A stretch of DNA of 64,000 nt from Candidatus Uhrbacteria bacterium (GTDB lineage Bacteria > Patescibacteriota > Patescibacteriia > UBA9934 > GWF2-40-263). The position numbers and the translations under genes are program-made. The stretch lies in contig JACPHX010000016.1 in the NCBI GenBank assembly GCA_016188425.1, positions 22,161 to 86,160 on the forward strand, written 5' to 3'. Under the pieces are notes generated by a model. It was not told where the DNA came from and searched no databases. It was given only the letters and a program-made list of their open reading frames with translations. This document shows, piece by piece, positions 8,355 to 18,500 of this stretch; the stretch's first letter is position 1, and each line of letters starts with the position of its first letter.

Positions 8355-9326
8355 TCATCCTCCTAGGAACAACTTCCTCCCAGGAAACAACAGAACGTCT
8401 TCGATGTCTTTTGTGCCGATCATCATCATATGCAAGCGGTCCAGGCCCATGGCATTGCCAAAGGTCGGTGTTGCCACGGATGGTAGCAATCGCAGGAACT
8501 CTTCGTCAATCGGGAAGACTGTTTTGCCGATGCGACGGCGTTCCTCCGCTTCCTCAAGAAATCTCCGTCGTTGCTCGAGGGCATCGGTAAGCTCGGTGAA
8601 TCCGTTGGAGAGCTCCAGATGATCCATGTACAACTCGACGCGCTCTCCAAAACGTCCGGTCGCGTCCAATCGAGATAGTGACGCTTGATAACGGGGATAG
8701 TCGTAAACGAAAACGGGGTCGCGCGGAAGATTGGGTTCGACGAATTGGAGGAAGAGACGGTAGTACAGGTCGCTTTCGGTGTCGGTGGGGTCGGTATGGA
8801 CGCCAAGCTCGTGGCAGCGGACGGCGAGCTCAGTCGCGCCAGCGGACAATAGGTCTAATTGGACGAATTGGATGAATAACTGGCGGACGGAGAGGCGCTG
8901 GAACGCAGGCCATTCCTTTCCAAAGGCCTTTCCCACTTCCCGGATGAGCCCTTCGGTCTCATCCATCATCGCGTGATGATCCGCTCCCTGCGTGTACCAC
9001 TCCATCATCGTGAACTCATGGTTGTGCGTGTTCCCGAACTCTTCTTCGTTGCGAAATACTTTGGTGATGGAAAAAATCTTTTCCATCCCCTGCCCCAACA
9101 GCTTTTTCATGGAGTACTCCGGGCTGGTCGCGAGCGCTCCGGCAAACCGTTCCTTCTTCTCGTTGATGACCGTTGTCTCAAACGGCACCAAATTCGGTTC
9201 CATCCCCGGACACTTGAGCAGGATCGGCGTCTCGACCTCCGTGTATCCCCTCTCACACAAAAAGGCACGGATCGTTTGCATGATCCGTTGCCTTTCGTTC
9301 GCAATGGTGGCGGCTAAGCGCGCCAT
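8355..9326 (-). CDS. epmA: EF-P--lysine ligase EpmA (GenX/PoxA; class II LysRS catalytic-core paralog)
   Basis: Segment-by-segment match to E. coli EpmA: RIMQTIRAFLCERGYTEVETP, LVPFET, LATSPEYSMKKLL, FRNEE, EFTMMEWY, FVYDYPRYQASL, ELSNGFTELTDALEQRRRF, MGLDRL. Adjacent to efp. Start taken at the internal Met (MARLAATIANE). The ORF track extends to 9416, overlapping rpsR. Confidence 0.85.
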   Translation of the reverse strand: MARLAATIANERQRIMQTIRAFLCERGYTEVETPILLKCPGMEPNLVPFETTVINEKKERFAGALATSPEYSMKKLLGQGMEKIFSITKVFRNEEEFGNTHNHEFTMMEWYTQGADHHAMMDETEGLIREVGKAFGKEWPAFQRLSVRQLFIQFVQLDLLSAGATELAVRCHELGVHTDPTDTESDLYYRLFLQFVEPNLPRDPVFVYDYPRYQASLSRLDATGRFGERVELYMDHLELSNGFTELTDALEQRRRFLEEAEERRRIGKTVFPIDEEFLRLLPSVATPTFGNAMGLDRLHMMMIGTKDIEDVLLFPGRKLFLGG

Positions 9327-9334
9327 GCGCGTGT

Positions 9335-9559
9335 TTAACGTTGAATGAATGGAATCAACGCCATGATGCGCGAACGCTTCACGGCTACGGCGAGTTGGCG
9401 CTGATGCCCCATGCACACCTTGCTGCGCTTGCGCGCGACAATCTTTCCGAAACTCGAAAGGTAGCGGCGCAACAGGCCGACATCCTTATAATCGATTTCT
9501 TCTACTTTATGCAGACAAAAGCCGCAGACGCGCTTTTTGCCGTTGGTTTGTGATTTCAT
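9335..9559 (-). CDS. rpsR: 30S ribosomal protein S18
   Basis: 74 aa with KRVCGFC...EIDYKDVGLLRRYLS..GKIV.RK..K....QRQLAVAVKRSR. Part of the canonical rpsF-ssb-rpsR order. Confidence 0.9.
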   Translation of the reverse strand: MKSQTNGKKRVCGFCLHKVEEIDYKDVGLLRRYLSSFGKIVARKRSKVCMGHQRQLAVAVKRSRIMALIPFIQR

Positions 9560-9565
9560 ACGCAG

Positions 9566-10057
9566 TTAAAAAGGAATATCTTCCATGCGAATCTCTTCCG
9601 AGGGCTTGGCAGACGGGTCATCTTTTGGTGGGGCAGGTGGCTTGAATGCGGCCGGGGCTCCCTCCCCCCCGACCCCCCCTCGGGCAGGGGGGGACCCCGC
9701 TCCGGAGACGGGAGCTCCGCCTCCTCCTGGGCGATCTAGGAGAATGACATTGTCAGCGACGATTTCGGTGCGGTAGCGGCGGACGCCATCTTGGCCTTCC
9801 CAATCACGGGTCTGGAGACGCCCTTCTATGTAAACCTTTCGTCCTTTGGTGAGATACTGGCCGCAAATTTCTGCCAGCTTGCCCCAAGCTACGACATTAT
9901 GGAACTCGGTCTGTTCCTGCTTTACCCCCTGCGGATCCGTCCATGCCCGGTTGGTGGCCACCGCAAAACTGCAGACGGATTGTCCAGAGGGGATCTGTTT
10001 GAGCTCCGGGTCGCGCGTGGTATTGCCAAGGAGCGTGGCGCGGTTGAGTGAGTACAT
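9566..10057 (-). CDS. ssb: Single-stranded DNA-binding protein
   Basis: OB fold (NRATLLGNTTRDPEL, FHNVVAWGKLAE), Gly-rich linker, and acidic C-terminal tail ending DIPF. Confidence 0.9.
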   Translation of the reverse strand: MYSLNRATLLGNTTRDPELKQIPSGQSVCSFAVATNRAWTDPQGVKQEQTEFHNVVAWGKLAEICGQYLTKGRKVYIEGRLQTRDWEGQDGVRRYRTEIVADNVILLDRPGGGGAPVSGAGSPPARGGVGGEGAPAAFKPPAPPKDDPSAKPSEEIRMEDIPF

Positions 10058-10058
10058 A

Positions 10059-10571
10059 TTAGGCCTGTTTCGTTATATCTCCGCCTTCGGCGATCGCATC
10101 CAGCTTCTGATCGAGCTCTTCCATGCTGATCGGGGTGGTAGGAGCGAGAGCGGCCGGTGTAGGCGCCATGAGCTTTGGCATGTCGCGACGAGGAGGAGTA
10201 GTAGCAACATCTCCCCCACGGGCTTCGCGTGCTTCCTCCGACAGCGGAGCGACGTAGGAAGTGATTTCGTATTTGCGCTCCTGGGCGAGTTTGCTGGGAA
10301 CCGTAATCATGTGTCGGAGAACCTCCGGAGCAAGGGCCAGGCCGCGATCCAGCTCCTGCATCGCTTCCGGGGCGGCTTCAAAGTAGACAAGGATGTAGGT
10401 TCCAAACTGTATCCCTTTAATAGGATAGGCAAGACGGATCTTTCCAAGATTCTCGTGGCGGCCAGGAGTAGCGCCGTATTTGGCCAAAAGGGCTAGCACG
10501 GTCTCCTGTACCCCCTCTACTTCCTTTTCCGTATAATCGCCTGAAACAATATAAAGCAATTCGTAGGTCAT
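10059..10571 (-). CDS. rpsF: 30S ribosomal protein S6
   Basis: YELLYIV...RLAYPI core with an extended acidic/Pro-rich C-tail. Start taken at MTYELLYIV. The ORF track extends to 10598. Confidence 0.8.
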   Translation of the reverse strand: MTYELLYIVSGDYTEKEVEGVQETVLALLAKYGATPGRHENLGKIRLAYPIKGIQFGTYILVYFEAAPEAMQELDRGLALAPEVLRHMITVPSKLAQERKYEITSYVAPLSEEAREARGGDVATTPPRRDMPKLMAPTPAALAPTTPISMEELDQKLDAIAEGGDITKQA

Positions 10572-10754
10572 AGGTTCTGGGCTGTTTTGCACAGCCAACC
10601 CTTTAGGGGTTATGGACAGAATTAAAGAGTGAATGCGGATATATAACCAGCTGGAGGGGGGATGGTCAAGATGCGGATAGAAAGATGAAAGGCTGGGAGG
10701 GCCAGAAATGGCTAGAAAGAGCGAGGAGGGCTGTGGGAAAAGGGCGGGATGATA

Positions 10755-13700
10755 CTAGCGGTTGGATATGAGAGGGACTAAGCGCATTTGGTGATCGATG
10801 GATGGAGCCGCGGCGCGGGCGGCGGTTGGGTCGAAAACATCCCGGTTTACTTGGGAGAGCGGTATCCCCTTTTCATAGGAAGAGACGAAGGAATCCGATA
10901 GGTCGTCCACGGCTTTTTGCCAGCCAGGACCGAAATAGTCGTGCGCCACTGCCTCTGTCTCAAGCGGATACAGGATTCCTCCCGCTCCCACGCCATACAC
11001 CTTGGGATCCGACACAACCTTCACCATCTTTCCCGGTCGGTACAGCACGTCCCCCGCCAAAGGAACGGCCGCGAGATCCTGTTCAGGAATGATGATGAGC
11101 GATCGGTAATCCGAAAACCAGGTAAAAAATATGCGCTCATTGGGGAAGGCGTGGCGCTCCCCATCCATGCCGAGGTAATACACCGTCCGGCAGGGATGCG
11201 TGAAATCTTCCCACCCAGGACACTCAAATTTGAGGAGAGGCCCGCCAACCGGCTGCGCAAAAATGTCGTAACCAAACGTAGAACGTATGGATGCCTCCAG
11301 TACCTGCCGTTGATTGGTAAGAGCGGCGAGCGTTAATCCACCCGGCAAATCGTAGATGATGGTTGCTCCAACCAAACCACCAAACTGACCGCTCAATGAT
11401 TGGGCGCGGGCGAAGAGTACATACACCCCTTCTGCCGCAGGAAGCGTATAGGTCGTTTGCGTCACGCCCCCTTGCATGGGCTGCCACAGCGCCCCCGCAA
11501 ACGTCGGGTCGGGAGAAATCTGGTTCTGGCTTGCTCCGTAGGATTGATAGGTAACCTGGATCACGGGAGAATCTGTCACTGACGCTCCCCCATTTAGGAG
11601 CAGACGCCCCGCCACGGGCGCCATGGTCGTGAGAGCAGAGGCGCGCGGGTTTGGGGGTGGGGGCGGGGCGACCGATTGGAGATAAATGAGATAGGACGCT
11701 CCGCGATCTGCTCCAGAGGAACTTTCAGTCGGGGTGCCTGTCAAAAAATCCGGAACGCCATTCCCATCCAAATCACTCACCATGGCGACCGACCTCCCAA
11801 ACCCGCCGGGGGATGGAATCTGCGGGGATCCGGTTCGGTTCGGAAGAATATTCATGGTACGAATGATCGTCCCGTCCGCATTGAGAAAATGGACATACGC
11901 CGCCCCCATATCCGTTCCGATCGTATCTGTCCCAGGGGCGCCTACAACCAAATCTTGAATGCCGTCCGCGTTCACGTCCCCCGCAAAGGCAACGGAAGCG
12001 CCATACTGGTCCCCTGCCATCACCGGAGCGCCAAAGAAAGTTTGTCCTGTTAATTCAATCGTCCTTTTCACGGACCCGTCCATATTCATGAGATGGATGA
12101 ACACGCTCCCCTGTTCTTCCCCCAGAACCAGCCGCTCCGGAGCGCCAACGGCGAGATCCTGGACGCCATCATGATCGACATCTCCGATCAGCGTCACGGA
12201 CTGGCCATAGCCTTCATCAATCCCAAGACCAGCCGGCCCATTGGGAGAAAGATTGTTTATGGAAACCGTCCGTTTGACCCGGCCATCCGCTTGCAAGAAA
12301 TGAATATACACATTGCCTGCGCCGCCGTTTGCAAGCGGAGTCGACACGGCCAAATCCGCGATCCCATCGCGATCTAAATCCCCTACGCCCGCAAGCGAAG
12401 TCCCGTATTCGACTCCCGCGGAATGCAACGGACCATTTGGCGTAGCAGAATTGATCTCCGCTGTGCGTTGGATGCTTCCATCCCGGCTCATGTAGTGGAT
12501 GAATACCGCACCTTGGGCCATCCCTGGGTTTTGATCATGTGTCGCAGAAACGGCGATCTCTTGAACGCCATCGCGATCCAAGTCACCAATCAGAGTCATG
12601 GCGCTTCCGTAGCGATCCTTGGGGAACAGGAGCGCGCCTCCCCGGGTAAAGGCATTCAGTTCCGTTGTTTGCTTCACCCGTCCGTCTGCTCGAAGGAAGT
12701 GGATGTAGGCAGACCCAACTTCGATGCCTCCTGTATTGTCGTCTGGAGATCCAACCAGAACATCGGCGACACCGTCACGATCCAAATCCCCGATGCTGGT
12801 CACAGAACTTCCATACTGATCCAAATCCGACAGGACAGGGCCATTCTCAACCGCCTCGCGAATGACGACCGATCGATTCGGCTCCGCGTACGAGTATGTC
12901 GCCGTCCTCCAGGAGAAGGCATTGCGGCCAACCACCGCATCAGGAAAATCTTCCTCGGCGAAAATGCCTTTAAAAAGCCAGCTGTCGTCCACATCGATAA
13001 AATCATCGGCCACCTCTGCCCCGACGACATTCAAAAACGCAGGCGTTCCAGAGACGGTCGAACGAATGCGCAGCCGATTCGTCGTGGAAACGCCGCGTGC
13101 CTCAAACCGATGCAGGATGGATTGGGTGATCATGGGCTCAAACAGAACCGTTTGCGCTCCGATCAGATCCAAATCGTAAAAGGTGTTCGACCCGAGTATG
13201 GTTTGCGTATTGGAAGGGCGATCGAAAATGAAATGTGCGGTTCCAGGATCAAACCCGCCCGTGAGATGCCGGAAGTCCCCGGAGATATGAACGGTTGCCG
13301 TCCCCGCATGAACCGTGCCTCGATACTCGTTGCGCCATCGTATGGTGCCGACGTTCAAATCGACGTCGATGGTCGCATCCGCTTGTGAAGCGTTACCGTC
13401 GAAGATGGCTCCATGGTCCACGACCGCCCCGACGCCAGGCGCCCCGCCCAAACAGTTCTGCCAGTTCGCGGGCGTGCTCCATTTTCCGTCCCCGGAGGCG
13501 TTGATCCAGATACATTCTGCCCCAGGCTCCCCTGGGCCATCCGGATCCCGGGGAGAAAAAGGAACAAAACTCACATACACCACCCCCTTCTCTACTCCAG
13601 TCGCTTGTTCATGAGAAAGACCGGACGCAAAATCCACGAGCCCATTTTTATCCATGTCCCCCAAGGCCGAGAGCGACATTCCCAAACGAGGAAATCGCTG

Positions 13701-15518
13701 GATCGAACTGACCTCTGGAGTGCTTTGCACGATAAATTCTGTTTTTAGAACGGATCCATCTGCGGCCATCTGATGCACATACAGGCCGCCGACCGGCGCC
13801 CCATCAACATCCCTCCCCGGGGCGCCGACAAGCAAATCGGGGACGCCGTCCCGATTATAATCACCCACGCCGATCACCGCGTGCCCATAGGCATCAAAAT
13901 CAGAAAGCTGCGGACCGTTCATGGTCGTCTTGTCGATGAATACCGTCCGCTTCACGCTGCCATCCGCATTCATCAAGTGAATATACAGCATGCCGCGATC
14001 TGTCCCCCCTCCGTTAGTAAACGGCGCTCCAACCGCCATGTCCGTCACCCCGTCGCCATCAAGGTCACCGATGGATCCGAGCGCAAACCCGTATCTCCCG
14101 TTTGCCTCGAGGCCCGCCGGTCCGTTGCTGGTCAGACGATCTATCGTAACGGTCCGTTTCACGGAACCGTCTGTTTTCATGAAATGAATGAACAGCCGGC
14201 CAAATTGGCCATCTGCCCCGCTGGCCCCAACCGCCAGATCCGCCACCCCATCGGCATCGATATCTCCCAGCGAGGCGAGGGAGGATCCGTAACGATCCCC
14301 CGCCACAAGGACGGCTCCGTTTGGCGTGAGGCCATCTAGGCGGATCGTCCGGCTGATGCCGCCCGCGAGCGTGAGCGAGTGAATTTGCACGGCCCCCGCC
14401 CCTCCGTTTGCCCCCGGAGAACCAACCGCCACCTCCACGGCTCCGTCATGGTTCAAATCCCCCACCGCTGCCACCGACGATCCGTACAGATCCCCGGCCG
14501 CAAGCGCGGGACCATTGGGTGTGGCGGCGGTAATTTGTGCGCTTTGCCTCACAGACCCATTTTGATTCAGGAAAGAAAGATACGCCGACCCTGCCTCCGG
14601 GGCCGATGCATCGTTGTTGGGCGAAGCCATGAACAGATCCGTCGTCCCATTGCGGTCTACATCTCCCACATTGGCCACCGCATAGCCGAACCGGTCACCG
14701 GCAACAATGCCTTGAGGCCCATTCACGACCGAACCGTCAATTTTGATAAAAGGAGCCCGACTGGGTTCGGCATCCCGCCCTGGGGCAAACCATAAACGGT
14801 TATTCCCGCGATTTTGCGAGTTCTGCGGATTGAGTGGACGCACCCCGTCCTGCACGAGCCATTGGTCTTGCACGTCTACGTGAGTCGCGCTCGCTGCTGC
14901 CCCTTTCACGTTGATGATGGACGCGAGGCCGGGGATACGCGAGACGATTTTCAATGGCTGGCCACCTGTCACTCCCGCGGCCTGAAAAGCGGCGGTGACG
15001 CGTGTCGTCACCCCTGGCTCCAAGACTATGGTTTGTCCCCCCAAAAATCGAAGCGTTGAAAAAGCAGTCGCCCCTGTGATGGTTTGAGAGGAACCGGCCG
15101 CACCGTCAAACACCACCGTAGAGGTAGCTGCGACGAATGTCCCTCCCAAATGGGAAAAATCCCCTTTGATTTGCATGGTATGGGTGCGCGCCGTGAAGAA
15201 ACCATTGTAACTTTGCAGCATCCGGAAAGAATTGATGGAAACTGAACGGTCTAAAAAAGCATTCGATTGAGAAACCGTGCCATCAAAAACCACATCCGCC
15301 CCCGTAACGATCCCTACCCCAGGCACCCCTCCCAAACAGCCGCTCCAGTTCCCCGCATTGTTCCACAACTGCGTGCCCGCCCCATTGGTCCACGTACAAG
15401 TGGCGGGAACAGCAGAGCGACCGATGCGAATGCCGTAGAAGGCAATGACAACCGCCGTCAAAAAAACACACGCAAGGACAGAGGAACGGCGACGCGAAAC
15501 AGCGCGGAAGGAGAGCAT
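10755..15518 (-). CDS. Giant membrane-anchored FG-GAP (integrin-alpha-like) repeat protein, 1587 aa
   Basis: N-terminal TM anchor. The N-terminal module is duplicated (CTWTNGAGTQLWNNAGNWSGCLGGVPGVG / CIWINASGDGKWSTPANWQNCLGGAPGVG). Roughly 20 FG-GAP-type repeats follow (YGSS..xxGDxDxDGVxDLxVGAP), then a Pro-rich linker and a ~230-aa C-terminal domain. Confidence 0.75.
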   Translation of the reverse strand: MLSFRAVSRRRSSVLACVFLTAVVIAFYGIRIGRSAVPATCTWTNGAGTQLWNNAGNWSGCLGGVPGVGIVTGADVVFDGTVSQSNAFLDRSVSINSFRMLQSYNGFFTARTHTMQIKGDFSHLGGTFVAATSTVVFDGAAGSSQTITGATAFSTLRFLGGQTIVLEPGVTTRVTAAFQAAGVTGGQPLKIVSRIPGLASIINVKGAAASATHVDVQDQWLVQDGVRPLNPQNSQNRGNNRLWFAPGRDAEPSRAPFIKIDGSVVNGPQGIVAGDRFGYAVANVGDVDRNGTTDLFMASPNNDASAPEAGSAYLSFLNQNGSVRQSAQITAATPNGPALAAGDLYGSSVAAVGDLNHDGAVEVAVGSPGANGGAGAVQIHSLTLAGGISRTIRLDGLTPNGAVLVAGDRYGSSLASLGDIDADGVADLAVGASGADGQFGRLFIHFMKTDGSVKRTVTIDRLTSNGPAGLEANGRYGFALGSIGDLDGDGVTDMAVGAPFTNGGGTDRGMLYIHLMNADGSVKRTVFIDKTTMNGPQLSDFDAYGHAVIGVGDYNRDGVPDLLVGAPGRDVDGAPVGGLYVHQMAADGSVLKTEFIVQSTPEVSSIQRFPRLGMSLSALGDMDKNGLVDFASGLSHEQATGVEKGVVYVSFVPFSPRDPDGPGEPGAECIWINASGDGKWSTPANWQNCLGGAPGVGAVVDHGAIFDGNASQADATIDVDLNVGTIRWRNEYRGTVHAGTATVHISGDFRHLTGGFDPGTAHFIFDRPSNTQTILGSNTFYDLDLIGAQTVLFEPMITQSILHRFEARGVSTTNRLRIRSTVSGTPAFLNVVGAEVADDFIDVDDSWLFKGIFAEEDFPDAVVGRNAFSWRTATYSYAEPNRSVVIREAVENGPVLSDLDQYGSSVTSIGDLDRDGVADVLVGSPDDNTGGIEVGSAYIHFLRADGRVKQTTELNAFTRGGALLFPKDRYGSAMTLIGDLDRDGVQEIAVSATHDQNPGMAQGAVFIHYMSRDGSIQRTAEINSATPNGPLHSAGVEYGTSLAGVGDLDRDGIADLAVSTPLANGGAGNVYIHFLQADGRVKRTVSINNLSPNGPAGLGIDEGYGQSVTLIGDVDHDGVQDLAVGAPERLVLGEEQGSVFIHLMNMDGSVKRTIELTGQTFFGAPVMAGDQYGASVAFAGDVNADGIQDLVVGAPGTDTIGTDMGAAYVHFLNADGTIIRTMNILPNRTGSPQIPSPGGFGRSVAMVSDLDGNGVPDFLTGTPTESSSGADRGASYLIYLQSVAPPPPPNPRASALTTMAPVAGRLLLNGGASVTDSPVIQVTYQSYGASQNQISPDPTFAGALWQPMQGGVTQTTYTLPAAEGVYVLFARAQSLSGQFGGLVGATIIYDLPGGLTLAALTNQRQVLEASIRSTFGYDIFAQPVGGPLLKFECPGWEDFTHPCRTVYYLGMDGERHAFPNERIFFTWFSDYRSLIIIPEQDLAAVPLAGDVLYRPGKMVKVVSDPKVYGVGAGGILYPLETEAVAHDYFGPGWQKAVDDLSDSFVSSYEKGIPLSQVNRDVFDPTAARAAAPSIDHQMRLVPLISNR

Positions 15519-15555
15519 AGATAGGAACAGTATACAGCAAGAGGACGGATCTCTT

Positions 15556-18500
15556 TTAGGTTTTGAGGGAGGAGGCGTGAGGTGGGAGGGTGTCCGGCGG
15601 AGCCGGATCCGGCTCCGCCGGAGAGAGTGACGGGGAAGGCTTGTGTTGTGCTGTTCCGGAGGGGAGAGGGCTCATGTCTACACGCATGCTCAACAGTTCC
15701 GGCTGTTTGATAGAACGATAATCGATAGGACGCACCTCGGTGGTTTGATACCCTTCCTTTTCGAAGGTGGCGTAATACTCGTTGGGACCAAGAAGGAAGT
15801 GGTAGCGTCCGTTGCGGTCGGTAAGACGGGAGTCGATAAGCTTGTTGTAGAGCGGCTCAAACACACGGATAACAGCATCTCGCAACGGTTTTTTCGTGGA
15901 CTTGTCATATACGATCCCCCAGCTCTTCGGTTTGCGCGGGCGAACCAGAACGAACACAAGAACGAGCAAGACGACCTGCAAAATGAAGACACCGATTGTG
16001 AACGCAGAAGGATGAAGAATAAGGACGACAAGCGCCAACACGACGCTCGCCCACGAGAGCGCCGACTCAAGGCGGCGAAGGCGACGTTTCCAACGAATAC
16101 GCAACGCTTCTTTTTCTCCCTTTTCCAAAATGGGATCTAGCGGGATATTGGCGCTAATAACGGCGTTTTTATCTGTCACGCGGATCACCTCGCCGTGATA
16201 GACATCCAAATATTCGCCATCCGTACGAACTTTCTTGAGCCATTCGCTTGGGAAGGAAAACTCCGGCTTGGTCACTTCAATTTGATACTCGCCAGGATCC
16301 GCCAGAAATTCATACATCCCATCTTTCCCAGTGACCCGCGTACGCACCACCTTCGCGTCGGGCAAACGCAGGAGACGGACGACCGCCAATTCAACCGGCA
16401 GCTTTATCCCCGAATGGTACACGACCCCGTATCCTTTTCGTTTCCGCTTAAAGAAAAGACGCAGGGGTTGGGTGAACAAGAGCTGAAGGAACGGCCACAG
16501 TTGGAATTGCAACAACAGAAAACCGATACTGATAGCAGAAAGCGGAACGAACATGAAAGAGAAGCCATCAGCAATCCCGCTCAACAAAGCCCACAGCGAA
16601 AGCTCCGGCCCGGGAATCATAATCTGGGGGTTGATGATGCGGTCTCCATCATCCTCAACCGGCGACCACCCGCTTCCAAGGAGATCCTTAACTCCCTCCA
16701 CGGAATACCGTCCGGCAGGAACATACCAGTAAAAACTGCCATCTACTGGAGTTTCTAAAGGATTCTGTTGGAAAAATGCCGCAATGTTCATGGGGCGATC
16801 TAGCCCGAACTCACGCACATACAGCCGCGCAGAGGCCCCCGAGAGCGGCTGGATAATGCCATCTTGATTCCGCCACACCAACCGGCCGCGCGGCTGCGCC
16901 TCCAGCACATAAGAAAACGACTGCTGCGTGCGATCCTGATAGGTCACCAAGAGAAGCAGGGCGTAATTGCTGACGACGGCAGGGACACGCAAGGTTCCGA
17001 CCCATCCACGATCATCCGTGACCAGCGAGGAAGAACTCGTAGAAAAGTAGGCGTCTATCTTTTCGATCGCTTTGGTTCCCTCATCTGGAATGAGACGCAC
17101 TTGAACGTCTGTATCCACCACCGCGCGGAAACGAATTTCCTGAAGCGGCAGTTCGATTGTCTCGCTTTGTACAAGGAAATGATTCTCTTCCCCAGAAAGC
17201 TCCCCCGGGCGAAGCGGAAACGCCGTGCAATCAACCGGACAGGTCAGAATACTCTCCCCTTTTCCGCAAAATCCGTTTCCACACGCGATGGTGCACCCAG
17301 GGCCGACGCAAATGGGACAGGCCGACCCTACGCAAGGGAGCGGGCAATCCCTCACGCAACTTGCCGGGTCTTCACCGATGCCGCAGACGAGATCACCGCA
17401 GACGGGCGCGCATCCTGGCCCCGTACACGCAGAACAGCCAGGACCGACGCAGGCCACACAATTTGGCCCTGTGCACGGTGCTGGACAATCGATAATGCAG
17501 TTGGCGAGATCCTCCCCGATGCCGCAGACGAAATCTCCACAGACGGGCGTACAGCCAGGGCCCGTACAGGACGCCGGGCAATCGATAATGCAGTTGGCCA
17601 AATCTTCATTCAGGCCGCAGATAAAGTCTCCGCAAAAACCGTTTGTCTGCAATAAGGTTTTGCACGCAATATCTCCCGTCTGGTCAGAGAGAGCCCCGCT
17701 TTGTGACAAGTAGCGCGCCGTATAGGTCGTATCTTGCTGCAACCCGGTCACGGGGAAGGAATGCGAAATGACATACGCGTTGTTCACGAGATGCACGTTC
17801 TTATTGTTGGGATCTGCGCCATACAGCACATCCCCGTCCGCAGGGATATTCGTCTCCCATGCCCAGGTAAGCGAATTATACGAAACGTCCTCGCACCGAG
17901 GGTTGGAAATAAGCACCGGGACGCCAGAGGGACAAACGGGGGTGGCATTGGTAAACGCCCCTGTATAAAATTGGTTCACGCTATCGTACCCGAACACCCC
18001 GTAATAATACGTCGTCCCCGAAACCGCGCTTGAATGGACAAACGTCGTGCTGGCACCATCGTACAGCACGGTTCCGTCATTCTCATCCGCGGGGTAGGTA
18101 TCCGTCCTATACACCACGCGCGCGCCCACCAAAGGCGGAGGAAGCGTCCAGGTTAAACTGTTCTGGCAAAACCCCGGCGTCACGGTAACGGTTATGGGAG
18201 TAATCGGGGGCAAGCCGAAGGGGATGCCGGAATCCAGCGCGATGGGCGCGAACGACCCATTGCTATCAGAGGCGAACGCCGCGTAAAAATATTCCTGACC
18301 GGATACGATCCCTGGGTGCATGAGCGAGCTTCCGGGGCCATCATACAAAAACGTACCATCGGCAATACTGACTGGATAACGATCCAATCGATAAACGATG
18401 ACGGTGTCGACATAAGGAAATCCGGAGGGCGAATACCACGCCAAGTTGTTTAAATACAGCCCAGGCGTGACATCGAGCACTAAACTGACAACCGCGGAAC

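Noticed and set aside
7838-8622. ORFs 7838..8248, 7993..8358 and 8077..8622 spanning the efp-epmA spacer
   Set aside because: They run through palindromic and 7-mer repeat elements and overlap the well-supported efp and epmA frames. The SPAEPDPAPPD peptide arises only from translating the palindromic element.
10600-10754. 150-bp purine-rich tract (plus strand) upstream of rpsF as a riboswitch or leader
   Set aside because: No recognisable riboswitch consensus. S6-operon leaders are commonly pyrimidine-rich on the coding strand. Treated as an ordinary promoter/leader region.
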